Assembly (NCBI RefSeq): GCF_009834535.1
Contig: NC_045696.1
Span: forward strand, 97,094,001-97,158,000
DNA from: Camelus ferus
Taxonomy: Eukaryota
Length of the DNA: 64,000 bases
Reading direction: 5' to 3'
Positions 36,706-49,736 of this stretch are shown one piece after another. The notes under the pieces were generated by a model, which had not been told where the DNA came from, did no database searches, and saw only the letters and a list, made by a program, of their open reading frames with translations. The first letter of the stretch is position 1. Every line of letters starts with the position of its first letter. A program made the translations under genes and the position numbers.

Positions 36706-39164
36706 GTGCTTCTATGTTTTGTTTCTTAGAAAGTTGGATGTTGGAAAAAGTAAAATATCTTTTTTTTAAAAAACAGAAAGCAAATAAGGCTATTACAATA
36801 AAAACCTCACTATTTGTCTGAAGGTATTGAACTGTGTTGTCTGCAGAGTTTATCTTAGGAATGACCAGTTTCTATGTCAAGCAAGAAAGAATAAGGAACT
36901 GTGGCTGAGGAGGTCACTACTTCAAAAGGAAAAAGAAAAAGAATATATATATATATATATGCTTAGAAGAGGGTAGGATGTGAAAAAGACTTCAAGGGTA
37001 GGTAAGTGAGGGCTATAAGAGAGGGGAATTGAACACCACAACATATTTTTCCTTTTAGAAGACCATCTGCTGAAATTCTGAGCTTGAGAACAAAGTGGGA
37101 TTTGAAGGATCGGAAATAAATGAAGTGAAAGAAATGCTGAGAAATCTTTCGACGGAGCAATTTCTAGACAAGAAAGGAAATCATGTGACTTGCCCTTCTG
37201 GTCCCCTAAAAGTATGCAGGTTCTTGGAGGGCAAAGGAGGGTTTTTTTGGCTGAAAGAATGTGATTCAGGCCCACAAGAAACCAAGGAGGGGTGGAGGCA
37301 GGGTGGGTTGCAGGGCAGGGGAGGGGGGCTTGGTGGGGAAGAGGCACATGTGGGGAGTGGGGCACTCAGGCACTCACTCAGGAACTGGGATCAGAGAAAT
37401 AGTGCTGTTTCTGTCAGACAGAATGAAGAATGAGCATTTAAACTGAGAAACTATAGAATGTGAAAACTCTTGAGACCTTATACATCATCTACTTCTCAGG
37501 ATGCAAACACAGGCCTGGGGAAGTGAAGGGACTACAAAGATGACTGCTCTTGGAATCAATGCCTTGAGGATTAAAAATGATATGAATTTTAGAAACAAAA
37601 TTGACTCTTAGAAAATATTCTCTTTTACTCTCTTAAAATACAGGAATCTTTCAATAAACAAACTATGTTTAACATTGAAAAAAAAATATGGAACTCACAC
37701 TAAGAAGAAAAAAAACTTTCCCAACAAAATCACTGTGTGAGTAATCCTTGGGTCCTTCAGCAGTCTGTTTTGAAGGTTATAATATTAATTTATTATGTCT
37801 TCTAAAACTGCTGATACGCTGTTTCTAGGTAAGAAATTTTGAATCAGCTGCATGAACAAGCTTCTTTACTGTTTTTATAATGTCTAATTTAGGACACCAT
37901 TAATAACAGAAGACGCTCAAAACATAAGCATGAAAGAAAAAAGTTTTTTAAAAACCCTATCAAACAAACCCAAACAACCCTCCTTACAGGAAAGCAGCTG
38001 TGATACAAGGGCCCAAGAAACAGAAGCAAAGGAATAGAAAATCTACCCACGGTTATTTTTAGCAGTTGTAATTTTAAAATTTTATGTGTTAAAAGTAAAA
38101 AAGAATTCCTCAGAATGGAGATTAAGATTCATCACTGAGAAGGAAAAATAATGTATGAGTTTGCAGTGACTTAAAGAGTGGTTTAATCTAGCTGCCAGAT
38201 CTATGACCTACTATAATTGTCCATGCCTCACGTTTTAAAAAATGGCAAAATGTGCACATAATAAAGTGCTTTGGGAGTATTTTTTATGATTAGAAACTGA
38301 GGTTCTGAGAAGTGAGCCAGGCCTCGGGTTCTGTCTTTTAGAGCCGTATGGAGTCCATTGCATGGATCTAGGGGATGGAGCTGGGGTATTTTTTTGTTTC
38401 TTCTTCTACCTTGAATCAGATTGTTGCTAACAGTTGGTCGCTGCCTTTCTAAGACGAACCAGTTTCCACCCATTTTTTGGCTTCCGATTCCTTGTGAGTT
38501 CTCTTGAAATTAAGAACCCCATGCTCTTTAAGGAGGCCAGGAAAGAAGGGCACAGAAACAGAAAGGACCTTCGCCTTCTTTCCCTTTAATTAAAAAAAAA
38601 AAGAAAGAAACTGAACAGCCCATGGGCCCCTGACCTGCAGGGCGTGGTGGGTGGCATCTGCACCCTTGCAGCGGGAGGGAGCAGGGAGGGGCATGGCTGA
38701 CAGGCTGCTCTTCCAAGAGGCTGCCATCCGGCTGCTGCCCCTGAGATTTCTCACTGTCAGACCAAAGGCACCCAAGAGCTGACCACAACCAGCTGAACAG
38801 TCCACCTTCAGAAAGGGGGTCTCTCCTGGTGGCCTTGAGGACTCCACTGGCGTAAGAATCAATAGGTAAATGCTTGAGTTGGTATTGGAGCCACTTCAGC
38901 AAGCCTGATACCTCTTGGTAAATGTCCTTTCTGAGAGTAGACCGACACGCCAGCTTACGTCGTCTGTGGCTGCCAGGCGGCGCTCGGGCCGGAGGCAGTC
39001 GCTACCCCTGTACGGTCAGGCGCTTTCCTGTCCGAGAAGATGTCCAGACACACTGAAGAGCAGTCTGGAGTTCCTCCTTTGCAGACTTTACGATGAATTT
39101 CAAAATTGTTTCGGAACTGCTTTGGAGGATTCGGAGCTTATCATTCTTATTAATTAATTAATTT

Positions 39165-39768
39165 CTTCATCTCCTCCATCACTTCATTCGGCCCCCATTA
39201 TCTCTCCTCTGGATGACTATGACAGCTCTAAAGGAGTCTCGCTCCCTCGGATCTCTCCTCTTCTCCACCATCCAAAGAATCTTCTCAAAGCACAAATCAC
39301 GAATCTGACTGTGACCCTCGCACGCTCAGAGCCCTTCACTGCCTGCCTACTGCTAGTCTTCTGATGGGCGTCGGGGACCACTAGAATCTGGCTCTCCCTG
39401 TCCAGCCTCTCCCTTCATCACTTCCCTCTTCCCACCACACAGGGCTCCATACTTTCTCACTTGGGCCCGCCCCATTCTGATTTGCTGGTGCCCGGTGCAG
39501 ACTCATTTTCAGACGTCAGGCCTGACGTCACTTCCTGTGAGAAGATTTCTCCGACCCCTCTGTCTGGGTCAAGCGTCCCTCTGCTGGCTCCCCCAGCCCT
39601 TCACTTCCAGGCACGTGCACTTGCACTCGGCTGTACACTCGTCCGTCAGCCTCACCAGAGTGTGAGCTCCTAGAGGCCCGGAGCTGGGTCTCATGCTCCA
39701 GGCCCCGGAGGCTGGTCCAGGGCTTGATACTTGCAAGAACTCAGCACACGTCTGGGGCATGAATGAAG
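39165..39768 (+). mobile_element. L2 LINE 3' region, GC/CpG-shifted
   Basis: ctggatgactatgacagctc...cttctcaaagcacaaatc...agtgtgagctcctagaggc...ggcatgaatgaa tail. Confidence 0.6.
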
Positions 39769-41216
39769 GGTTTCATCGACCCCTGGAAGCAGGAGGAGGA
39801 GCTGCCTGCCACTAGGAGGGGATCTCACTGCTCTTCCATTTTCCTTTCCTCACTGAGGCCAAGAGGGTGCCAAGACTCCCTCGGCAGCCAGGGAGAGGGT
39901 GAGGAGAGGGGGCCTTTGTTCCTCCTCCAGATGGCTGGAGCTGGGATGGAGCCCAGCAGCTGTGTTTGGGTGGAAGGCGAGAGGACAGATGGCCTGGTGT
40001 CTGTTTGCAGACAGCCTGAGAGGCCGCAGCCCTGGCGCGAGGCACTCTCCGAGGTGGACTCCGCGGGACAGTGGTGGAGTCAGGCAGACGCCAGGGCAGG
40101 CCACTGGGTTGGCATTCACTGCCCCAACACTGGCCGGAGTGGCTGCTGGGCAGCAAAAAGAGAACCCTTCGTGCACAAGACCCTGGTGTTTCTATTGATG
40201 GCTTTTAACGTTTCGCTTCAAACAAAGCTTTCCTATATGAAAACTCTCTTAATTACTATCATTTAAAAATTGATTTAACACAAGCAAGCCTCATTAGATT
40301 TCAGTTTTGCTTTTTGCAAATTTTGGCAGCTGTTGAATTATTCATCCAACCAATACTGGTGGAGGGGGGAGTGAGCGGAGGTGGAGGGGCTTCTACTCAA
40401 AATGTTTAGAACCAGTACGTGATACAAGGCCCAGTAATCTGTACCAGGGAAGCAGCCACGTGTTTACATACTTAGATCAAAATAAGCTCGCTGATATCCT
40501 TATATCATCAGGGAATTCTTTTATTTAAAAAAAAAAAAAAGGGCAGGATCTTCCAAGGGCCAGAGTGAGAGCTGAGGGCAATGTTAGTACCACCTGGCTG
40601 ACTGCGTCTCCTCTCCTGACCCAGTCACTGCCAGTCAGTCCAAAAGGCAAGGCACAGTGTCACACTTGTGTCCTGGGGATGTGCGTGTGGTTTCCCTAAG
40701 ATGCCAACTTGTAATGAACACACTTACAAGACAGCCCCCTCCAAGTGTATGATTCTTTGATCATTGATTTTGATCATCTTTTTCCTAATTAAGCAGACAA
40801 GCCATGACTTAAAATCACTTTTTAGTTTCTGCACGTAGTAGAGCAGAGCCTTTGAAAGACAGACTGTCATGGTGCTGTCCCGTAGCATAGGTGTACACTC
40901 TCCACATCCCACTGCCAAATAATTTTTAGTAACAATGAGGAACCCAGTTCCACCCAGAATCAATTGGGGGCATCCCAGTGAGGAAAGCAGAATTGTCTTC
41001 TTCTCTCCCACTACCTTGTCCCCACCCCTAAAATGGATATCCGCATTTACTAGATGAGGGAAACCCTCTAAAGCCCAAGCATTGTAATATCCACATTGTT
41101 TAAGGCACCTGTAACAAAGCAGAGTTGCGGCAGGAGGGGCTTCTGACTTCCTTTCTTGTGCCTGGCACTTTAATGTTTTCTCACCGAAGGTTCTTGGCTA
41201 CCAGATGGGCCTTAGC

Positions 41217-41430
41217 CTAAGCTGTCCAACACGGTAGCCACTAGCCAGCCACAGGCAGCTATTAAGTAAAAATTTAAAGTAAGTAAAGTTAAATAAAATG
41301 AAATAGTCCCTCAGTCAACACTAACCACATTTCCAGTGCTCAGTGGCACAAGTTGCCAGTGGCTACCACACTGGGCAGCACAGATACAGAGCGTTTCCAT
41401 CATCACAGAAAGTTCTGTGGGATAGCACTG
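41217..41430. mobile_element. MER3 (hAT-Charlie MITE)
   Basis: gctgtccaacacggtagccactagcc...ccacatttccagtgctcag...ccatcatcacagaaagttctgtgggatagcactg. Confidence 0.85.
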
Positions 41431-41624
41431 CTAAGACTATTTAACTAGGCAACTCACTTAGGCATCAGTTCCAGCTTGCTTGATTTTATGACTGAATTGA
41501 CCCGTTGTTTGAATTTGTTAATAGGTTCAGTTGGGCTAACTGTGCACTCAGGCAGCTGTTGAAGAGATAACAGAAGTGATTTGTTCCATAAAATGTCAAC
41601 GGTAATAGTGAAAGTATGAACACG

Positions 41625-41990
41625 AGTAATAGCGGACATTTACTGAGGACTTGTGATCCAGCCACTGTGATCCAGCTAAGCACTAGATCTGTGTTACACC
41701 CTTTGCAACTCTATGATTATCCCAGTTTAACAAGAGAGAAAATTAATCACAGAGGTGGGAAGTCTTTAGCATTCGTCTAATCTGACCCTCTCCATTGACA
41801 GAGCTCAGACTCTGGAGTCAGACTGTCTGGGTTCAGTTGAGTGACCTTGAGCAAGTAACCCTCTCTGTGCCTCAGTTTTCTCATCTGTAAAATGGAGGAA
41901 ATGCCAGGATCCATCTTAAAGATTGCTGTGAAAATGTAACATGAATAGTTCGCATAGACTACTAAGGACCTGGTAAGTATTAACTGCTTT
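41625..41990. mobile_element. Two MIR SINEs (minus ~41625-41770, plus ~41800-41990)
   Basis: agactctggagtcagactgtctgggttc...gtgaccttgagcaagtaaccctctctgtgcctcagttttctcatctgtaaaatgg. Confidence 0.8.
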
Positions 41991-43069
41991 GATGATTTAT
42001 TACAGGTAAGGAGCATCCAGGGAGATTATAGACATGCCCAAAGTCACACAGCTAATACCAGCCTGGCACTCTTTTTGTTATACTTGCATTTAAATCACCT
42101 TGCCCCCCCCCCTTCCACCTTCCCACACACTTACAGCTAGCCTGCCTCCTTACATCATAACCACTTGGCAGCCAACTATTAACATCAGGGTGACATCAGC
42201 ACTTTTCCACTGGCAAAGTGTGCAGTGACTGTCCCATGGAAGCAGCCAATTTCCAGGGTTTTCTGGCTTGGTGAAATGTATGATCTCCAAGGTCCCTGTC
42301 ACTCCCAATGTTCTTGGAAGATTTGAGCTAAGGAAGCAAAGCAGTTTTCTCTGTTAGGTAAGAGAGAATAAATCTTTTGACACAATTGTCTGAATCCAAG
42401 ATAAGACTCCTTAAATTTTTCTATAGTAGGATAATAGTTGAGGGAGTAAAAAAAAGGAAAGGAGAAAAACTTCTTTAGCCTGGCTCAATCCCTGTGGCCA
42501 CCTGCACAATTTATCTATGCAATAAACCTTTCAGGTCTTAGTTAACATTCTGTGGGTGTGTTACTGTGGATCCCAGTTCCAGGCTCGACCTGAGATACTC
42601 TGTTTGGTTTATTCCTCTGTTGATCCAAGATGCTAATATTAGGGTATTGCAACTCACTGAGGATTCATGTGTTTGGGTCTCTCTGCTTTTACCTGGAAAT
42701 TTGAGGACTGAAGAAGAAAATTCTCTTATGCGCCAGCACCAAATGGCCAGGCAACTCTGAGTAACTGATTGGTTTTTATCTGTGTACATGTAATGCACAG
42801 TATTTTCCCCTTTCTCACTGGCTGCTAGGAAGCTCAGAACCAAATTTGCAACCTGTTTCTAGCAAACTATACTGTCCAATATGGCAGGTTTGGTACACAA
42901 ACCCCTGCTTGCTAGTTTTTTCATATTTTTCCCTACCCTTATCTCAATTCTTCTATTATTTTCAGCACAACACCAGATATAGGATATAAATAACAAAGAT
43001 GATTTCTGGTGTTACTTTAAGAGCTGAAAAAAAGTCCCCAGAGGTCCCAGGCTATTCAGTTTTAGTTAA

Positions 43070-43277
43070 TAGGTTGCCAGGCACTGAGAGGGAGAATGAG
43101 GAGTGAGTACCACTGGGTACAGGGGTTCTTTTGGGGGTGATAAAAATGTTCCAAAATTAGATTGTAATGATGACTGAGCAACTCGGTGAATATACTAAAA
43201 AACCACTGAATTGTACACTATAAATGGGTGAATTTTATCGTATGTGAATTATATCTCCATAAAGTTGATAAAAAAAC
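43070..43277 (+). mobile_element. Old L1 (L1MB/L1ME-type) 3' terminus
   Basis: gtgaatatactaaaaaaccactgaattgtacactataaatgggtgaattttatcgtatgtgaattatatctccataaag. Confidence 0.85.
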
Positions 43278-43519
43278 TGTAGGAGTGGAGAGATGGAGAG
43301 CACGTCTTAAGAAAGCCCCCGTCCAGGTAGTCCTCTGCCCTACAAGGGGGCTGCGCTGCCTCTTCCCTCCGTTGGAAAACCTACACTTCATTATGTCCGC
43401 TCTCAGGTCTTGGTAATAATGTCTATATTTAAAGCAATCTCACCCCAGATTTCTGAGTGTGCTGATATATTGGGGTTTTTCATAGGTTGTGAAACCTCAG
43501 AAAAATTTCCAGACCAAAC

Positions 43520-43720
43520 CTGACTGAATGCGCATTCCATCTGATGCTGCGAGCGCGCCCTGCGCAGTGTTGGCAGTGTGACAACAAGCCGGCGAGAGTT
43601 GGGTTAAAATAGTTATGGGAGTACAGGTGAATTGGCACTTCCTGTTTTTCACACCTAGAGCCCATGGACATCTGCAAAGCCAAACCAGCAATAGCGTTTC
43701 ACAAACTTCGCTTTCAGGAA
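43520..43720. promoter_or_regulatory. CpG micro-cluster, enhancer/CTCF-like
   Basis: Palindrome gaatgcgcattc, CTCF-like agcgcgccctgcgca, ETS cacttcctgtt, set in AT-rich surroundings. Confidence 0.45.
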
Positions 43721-45751
43721 ACAGCTTTCTTTCACTTAATAAAAATGGGCACCTACTTCTCTGTATCTGTTCACAAAGAGCTGACAGTTACTATTTGCTG
43801 CTAAATGAGACACGGGAATCTGTGTCAGGTTTAGATAGATATCGATGCCCTTAACTTAAAGATGAATTTTTTGTCACAAACAGAAAATTTTAGATGTAAA
43901 AAGAATCACCAATATGTGTTTGCAGTTTAATTGTTCCACCACAATATGAAAAGTCCTAGCTGATGGATTTGTTTTTTCCAAAGCTGGCTTTCTGTGTGGA
44001 TGGAGAAGCTTGTTACTTGTAGGGTGTCATTTGCAACTGGCCAGCTGGGCTTTCTCAACCCTCTGCTCCGGGCCCTTCCCGGACTCAGTCTCCATCAACT
44101 GTGACTGAATCACACAGTTAAACGCTAGCTATGGCTCTGTTTCTCTTTAATATATAAACACCCTTGGGAGGAGAAGCACATTTAACACTTTAGAATCATC
44201 AACACCTTAGCTAACCAGATTCCCTGAGTTTCTTTATCAGATCTCTTTTGTCTCCCTGATAACTTGGAGCAGCACCTGGAAGAAAAAGGGGGTGGGAATT
44301 CTGCCTGGGAATAAAGAGGCAGAGAATAGAGAGCAAAGGACTGGGTATTTTTAGAAGGCCTGGCTGAGCTCCCAGCATCAACAGTTACTTAGTTCCGAGC
44401 CTTAGTTTCCTTATTTATAAGAAGTGACTAACAGTGGTGATGACATCTGCCCCGTCAGTCTCACAGCTCAGTGCTGGGGTCAATGCAGCTGTGAAAGTAA
44501 GAGTTTTATAGCCTCCAAACTGGCCTTTGCAAATGTGCGGCCCAGGGAGCACTTAATGAACCTCCATGATGTGCTGGACACTGTTGAGGGGCCCAAACAG
44601 ACCACTGCAATTGCACACAGACCTGGAAGGTCCTATTTCCTACAGACTTCCCGTGGAAAACAGTAAATGGGTCTTTTAAAGATGTTTTCTGCAGTATCTT
44701 GTTATGAAATTTTTCAATCATATGTATTAGTTGAAAGAAATTTACCATGAGCCCACATTCCCACCACCTAGATTCTATCATTAAGATCGTATTATATTTG
44801 CTTTATTTCACACTTCTCCATCTATTCAGGGTTATCTTTAAAAGTGGGTTTGCCTTGCCTGCCACTTACTAAGATAATTTGTCCGGCGACCAGCATGTAC
44901 AAAGGGGGAACCAAATAAAGCTTTTTTTGGCATCCCACTTGGGGCTATTATATCTAAGAACCGCAACTGCCAAATACCCTCATCCCTTTCCAAAAACAAA
45001 AACAAAACAGAAAAGATAGATTCGGTAAAAACCAGTAATATCTTAATGGTCCCAGTTGCCCACGCCAGGTAAACCATGCCGATTTTCACATTTAGGCAAG
45101 AACACCAAGGAAGGAAACATAAGGATTTTGTTTTTGTTTTAAGCATCATTGATGTGAACAGAGAGGGAGGATGTATTTTTTCCAGAAAAAGAAAAAGAAG
45201 AAAAAAGAAAGGAAAAGAAAAGAGAACAATTTGTCTATTATTGAAAGTCCTGAAATAAAACAAAACCTAAAACTACAAAAAATTTAAAGAGCCCTGAACA
45301 TTGGTTTAAACTGTGAGCTCTGCACTTGAAGAAATACACAAGGAAAAAGACAATCTTAAAACAAGTAAAGGTTCATCTCCCCAACAATGGTTTCTGTACC
45401 TAAGAAAGAGAAGATTCTGGAACACTATAAATTGGAACAGAAGGTTTTTGGTAGATAATAATAAACTCCTCGCAATAATGTTGAGCTGTGTCTCCCAAAC
45501 CTAGCCTTTTGAGTATCCTTTCACTATGCTGGCCACAGCTGATTATCTCCTGTGCTCTTATTTACTTATTGTTTTTCTTTAAACTGACTTGGTTTTTACC
45601 TGAATATATAGATCTTCAAAAGAAACCTTATATTATTTCCAAATATGGAAACTCAATATTATTTGCCATACACTCACAGTAACTTCAAAAATAAGAGCCA
45701 TGAAAACCAAACCGTGTTATTAACGTCTACCTTGATCCTGTTCCTTGACAG

Positions 45752-45842
45752 AAGCTCTGAACTTGGGCCTGTCCTTATTAGAGAGTTGTTAAAACATTCA
45801 AGTGGAAACTTTCTTCTTGATTTACTCAGAAGGACTGAGGAG
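45752..45842 (+). other. Candidate 91-nt exon (plus strand)
   Basis: Branch-like tttaac, cttgatcctgttccttgacag| acceptor, GAG|gtaatt donor. Confidence 0.25.
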
Positions 45843-46229
45843 GTAATTAAAAAGAAAATTAATTTCTCAGTATGTGATTCAGCATTCTATAATATTGCCT
45901 CCTTGTGCTATTTTGTGTACCACCATGGTACATACTCCACGCTGGGGATGGTGTTTAAAAGTGTATAACACACTGTCTTGGCAGTATCTTCTGTGATCCT
46001 CCAAATCCTGCTTTTCTTTGGAATGCAGTCAAGATTGTTTGATTCTTGATTTCCTCAATTACCAGAGTGCCTTTCCTTACAAGTGTCCATTACGCAACAA
46101 CCCTAGTAATTCAAGGCAGAGTTATGTCATAGCTTCTCCTCCATCCTTTATCCCCTGAACATCTCCCGTGTTTGTTATTCTCCAGTCATTTCCCCGCAGC
46201 TCCTCATTCTCCATCCTTCTTTGACCTGT

Positions 46230-46648
46230 TCTCTGTCCTGGAGATCACCACCTAAAGACTGGCTTGGATTCAGCTGAAAGAATCAACAGGAGAACATGGA
46301 AGCAGAGGAGGAGGGTGGCCAGGAGATTTCTCACCCCACTCCCTGTTTGCTTGGTGGAACAGTTCTGGCAGTATCCTCACCCCCCTACAACTATGGTACC
46401 CGCAGGGGGCCCTGCCTCCACAGTTCTAGCTTTTACCAGCTTCTGTGAACACTGTTTCCTCACTTTGCTCCTTCGGGCCTAAAGGTGATACTGACATCCT
46501 GTTGATGATGATCAACAATGCTTTCACCTTCCTTGTTTGATCCCTCCGTCCTACTGACAATTTTGTAATAATTTCTTACTAAACTACCTTCATATAAACC
46601 ATTTAGGTTGGGGAAATTTTTGTTTCTTGCCAGATTCCAAGTGATACA
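46230..46648 (+). mobile_element. ERVL LTR (LTR33-like)
   Basis: ctttgctccttcgggcctaaaggtgatac...tttgtttcttgccagattccaagtgataca terminus. Confidence 0.55.
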
Positions 46649-46734
46649 GATGGAAAATTTTCACTGCATATACTTTTGTACATGGGTTTCCATGTGCTTG
46701 CAAAAAATACGAATTTATTTTTAATCAAAGAAAT

Positions 46735-47050
46735 AACAATATGATACACTAAAATTTGTGAGACACAGCTAAAGTAGTGCCTAGAGGGAAATTTTTAGTT
46801 TTAAAGAAGTTTGACAATTAATGGTCTAAGCTTCCATCCCAAGAAACTAGAAAAAGAAAAGCAAAGAAAAAAAGAAAAAAAAAATACAGGAAATAGAGAC
46901 AGGAGCCCTTCATACGGTGGAATATTATATAGTAATTTTTAAAAGCACATAAAACAACAAGAGTGAATCTCACAAACATTGAGGTGAGCAAAAGAATCCA
47001 GACCCCAAAATACTACACACTACAGGATTTCATTTATGTGAAGAGGAAAA
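46735..47050 (+). mobile_element. Old L1 fragments
   Basis: aaaatttgtgagacacagctaaagtagtgcctagagggaaattttt (ORF2 NLWDTAKAV-like) plus a 3'UTR piece. Confidence 0.65.
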
Positions 47051-49299
47051 GGGTGTAGTTCAGTTAATAGCAATTAATCTCAAATGTACACAAAAGTAAC
47101 ACTTGTATAGAACACAGACAGAAAACAATCTCAGCTATTTAAATGGACATGATCAAAGGAATTAATTGTACTGACCATCTGAACTCAGTGCCTTATAATC
47201 TAATCACCGTCCGATGCGGGAGACAACAGGAGCGTGATGTTCTTAGAAACTCATAAAAAGCTTTCTGAAAAAAGCCTTCAGCAAACATTACATATCAGAC
47301 CCCTGTGGTGGAATAATATTTTAAGATATTAGCCACTGGGCCCCAACCCGGGCCCCTGGGTTTTCCCATGGCCCTTCCTCCCACTCAAGCTCAATGCTCT
47401 TTGCCTCGGGGTAGGAACGGCCCAGCAGAGAAGGAAAGAAGCCTTTGTAGTTTTAAAAGACTAACCCACAGCAGGGACCAGAAAGAGCACAGGGCATAGG
47501 ACAAAAGATTCCAAAGAATACGTAATGACTCAGCCAGTTTTTCCCACCCTCAAAACCAGCTTTACAAAATTCCTTGGGTGGGTGGGAGAAGAGGACTGAA
47601 AGGAAAGTGTGAAAAAAAGCGGGACCCAAAGAGGGACCTGGCACCTTGCCCTCCCCGGGCTGTGTCCTCTGGGTGGAGGTCAGGGGAATGATAGAAACCC
47701 CAGAAAGGTTTGAGGGATACACAGACATGTCTATTCTTATTTCCCAGTGGAAACCTGAGGGGGTAATAAGCCACCCCCATTTATCCTGCACTGGGCAAGC
47801 AGCAGTGGCAATGAATGGAAATGGTTATGTGGGGTGTCTGGGTCGATGGGCCTGCAGCAGCCTCAGAGTACTCCTTCATGCTCCCAATCAGAAAAGGGAG
47901 ATGCTCCAAAAAGTTGACCCTAAGGTGGGCTGGGAGAAGCAAAAAGAGCCACACTTGGAGAGGCCCACAGGGCAGCAAGGGAGATGAGTTAACAGCACAC
48001 GTGTGGACCAAGGGGAAGGGGACACTGTCCATCTAAGCAGATGCCAGCCTAGTCCATGGTTCCCAAGAGTCCAATGTCCCTTCTCAAAGCCTCCTGGAAC
48101 TTAGACTCAATCTCAGAGAGAAAGGGGAACCCTGAATTGACTGAGATTAAGTTTCTGCCACCAGACAGGCAGATAGCTAAAATATGAATCCAGTTAAAGA
48201 AAAAGAAAGAAAATGATGTTTCTTGTGCAAATGGGTATTGTCCTGCAGTTTGTACACATTAATGGTTTTCTAGAGTGCAAGGTTTTGTTTGTGGTGTATT
48301 CTAATTCCCTGCTTATACTCTCAGAAGCAGCTCAACCAGACTTATCTGCTTTTCCCTGGGCAAAATGCATTTCCCTCCAGCTCTAGGGCACTGTGATGCT
48401 GCAAAAGGTTGGGTGAGGGGGCCTCACTCACTTTTAGAATATGTGGCAACAACAAAAAAGCATAAACACGTAAGGATTTTCAGATTTCCTCTCCTAAGCT
48501 CATTAAAGTGGATGCTGCCTTTCCCTGTTGAGTATCCATCAGTAGGGCTCTCTGAGAGACATCTGCCTTTGCCACTGAGCTCTGCAGAAGTCTTTCTATC
48601 TCGGAATTGAGAGGCAAAGGGGAAGGTAGAATGAGGGAATCTCGTTAGAGTCCTGGGGAAGGAGTCCGTTGTTGGGGAGTGGTCGCAGATGCGCAAGGTG
48701 TGAAGCAAGTGGATGGAGAGGAAAAGGTAGCTTTCCCAATTCTTGCTATAGACCAGGTATGGCCTTCACTGTGTTTCAAGCAGTAAAAACTTCAGCTACT
48801 TTGGAATTACTTTTAGATGGTTAAGATGGTACCTCTATTGGCTACAGTTTCTATAGGAACACAATGACATGGGAGCTAGAGGTCTTAATAGTAAGCAACA
48901 GGGAGCCATTCCCTCCAGTGGATTTAAGCCTCAATATCATTAATTACAAGGGGTGTGGGAAGCTGACAGGAATTGCAGGGAAGGAGGAGAACTGGGTTTG
49001 GGGCTCTGTATCTAGACTCATCTGAAAACCTTTCCACTTCTCACCTGCTTCCTCTCAGTTCTCTGCTTTGCTAAGTTTGCTTCCAAGTCCGGGGCAGGTG
49101 TGTCTGAGGTGTCGAGTGCAGGTGGTGAGCCTGAGATCTGGAAAGTGTGAAGCTTCAAGGTAGGGGGTGGGCCTTCTGACACCTTGACCCAAAAGGAGGA
49201 GGAATTTCTCCAGACATTAAAGGAGGTCATAGGGTGGGGAGTCAGAGGATGGTGCCTACCACTGAGGTCAAGTATCTCGTAAACCCCGACTGGGGCACC

Positions 49300-49452
49300 A
49301 GGTTTATTCTGAGGTGCTTGTTAAAAGTGCAGATTCCATGTCTCTTCCTCTGAGCTACTGAAACAGAATCAATGAGAATGGAGTCTTGGTACCAACAAGT
49401 TTTTAAACAGCATCCCAAGCGATTTTTATGTACCTTAAGATTTAACATAACC
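49300..49452. mobile_element. MER5-family hAT MITE
   Basis: gaggtgcttgttaaaagtgcagattcc...tttaaacagcatcccaagcgatttttatgtac. Confidence 0.65.
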
Positions 49453-49736
49453 CCCCATGAGCTCATGGGCACACCTGATGATCACTCTAAAAATCAGCAT
49501 ATGTTGGAAGCATTGTGAGCTTCCCACCAGGTAGCTGAGAAAAAAAGTGTAACCCTCTATAAAGAGTATGACTGTCTATAAGAGTACAGTTCTCCAGTCT
49601 ATGGCTTCAGAACGTAACATGCTTCAGTTTGAATCCCAGTTCTACCCTCTGTAGTGCTTCCATTTCAGCAAAGTTATTTCATGTCCCTGAAACTCAGTTA
49701 CTTTGTCTGTAAAATGGGACAATGGTAGTATGAACC

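Noticed and set aside
39763..40266. Longest ORF (167 aa)
   Set aside because: No recognisable domain; it starts in an L2 tail, and the GC-rich sequence is open in several frames on both strands.
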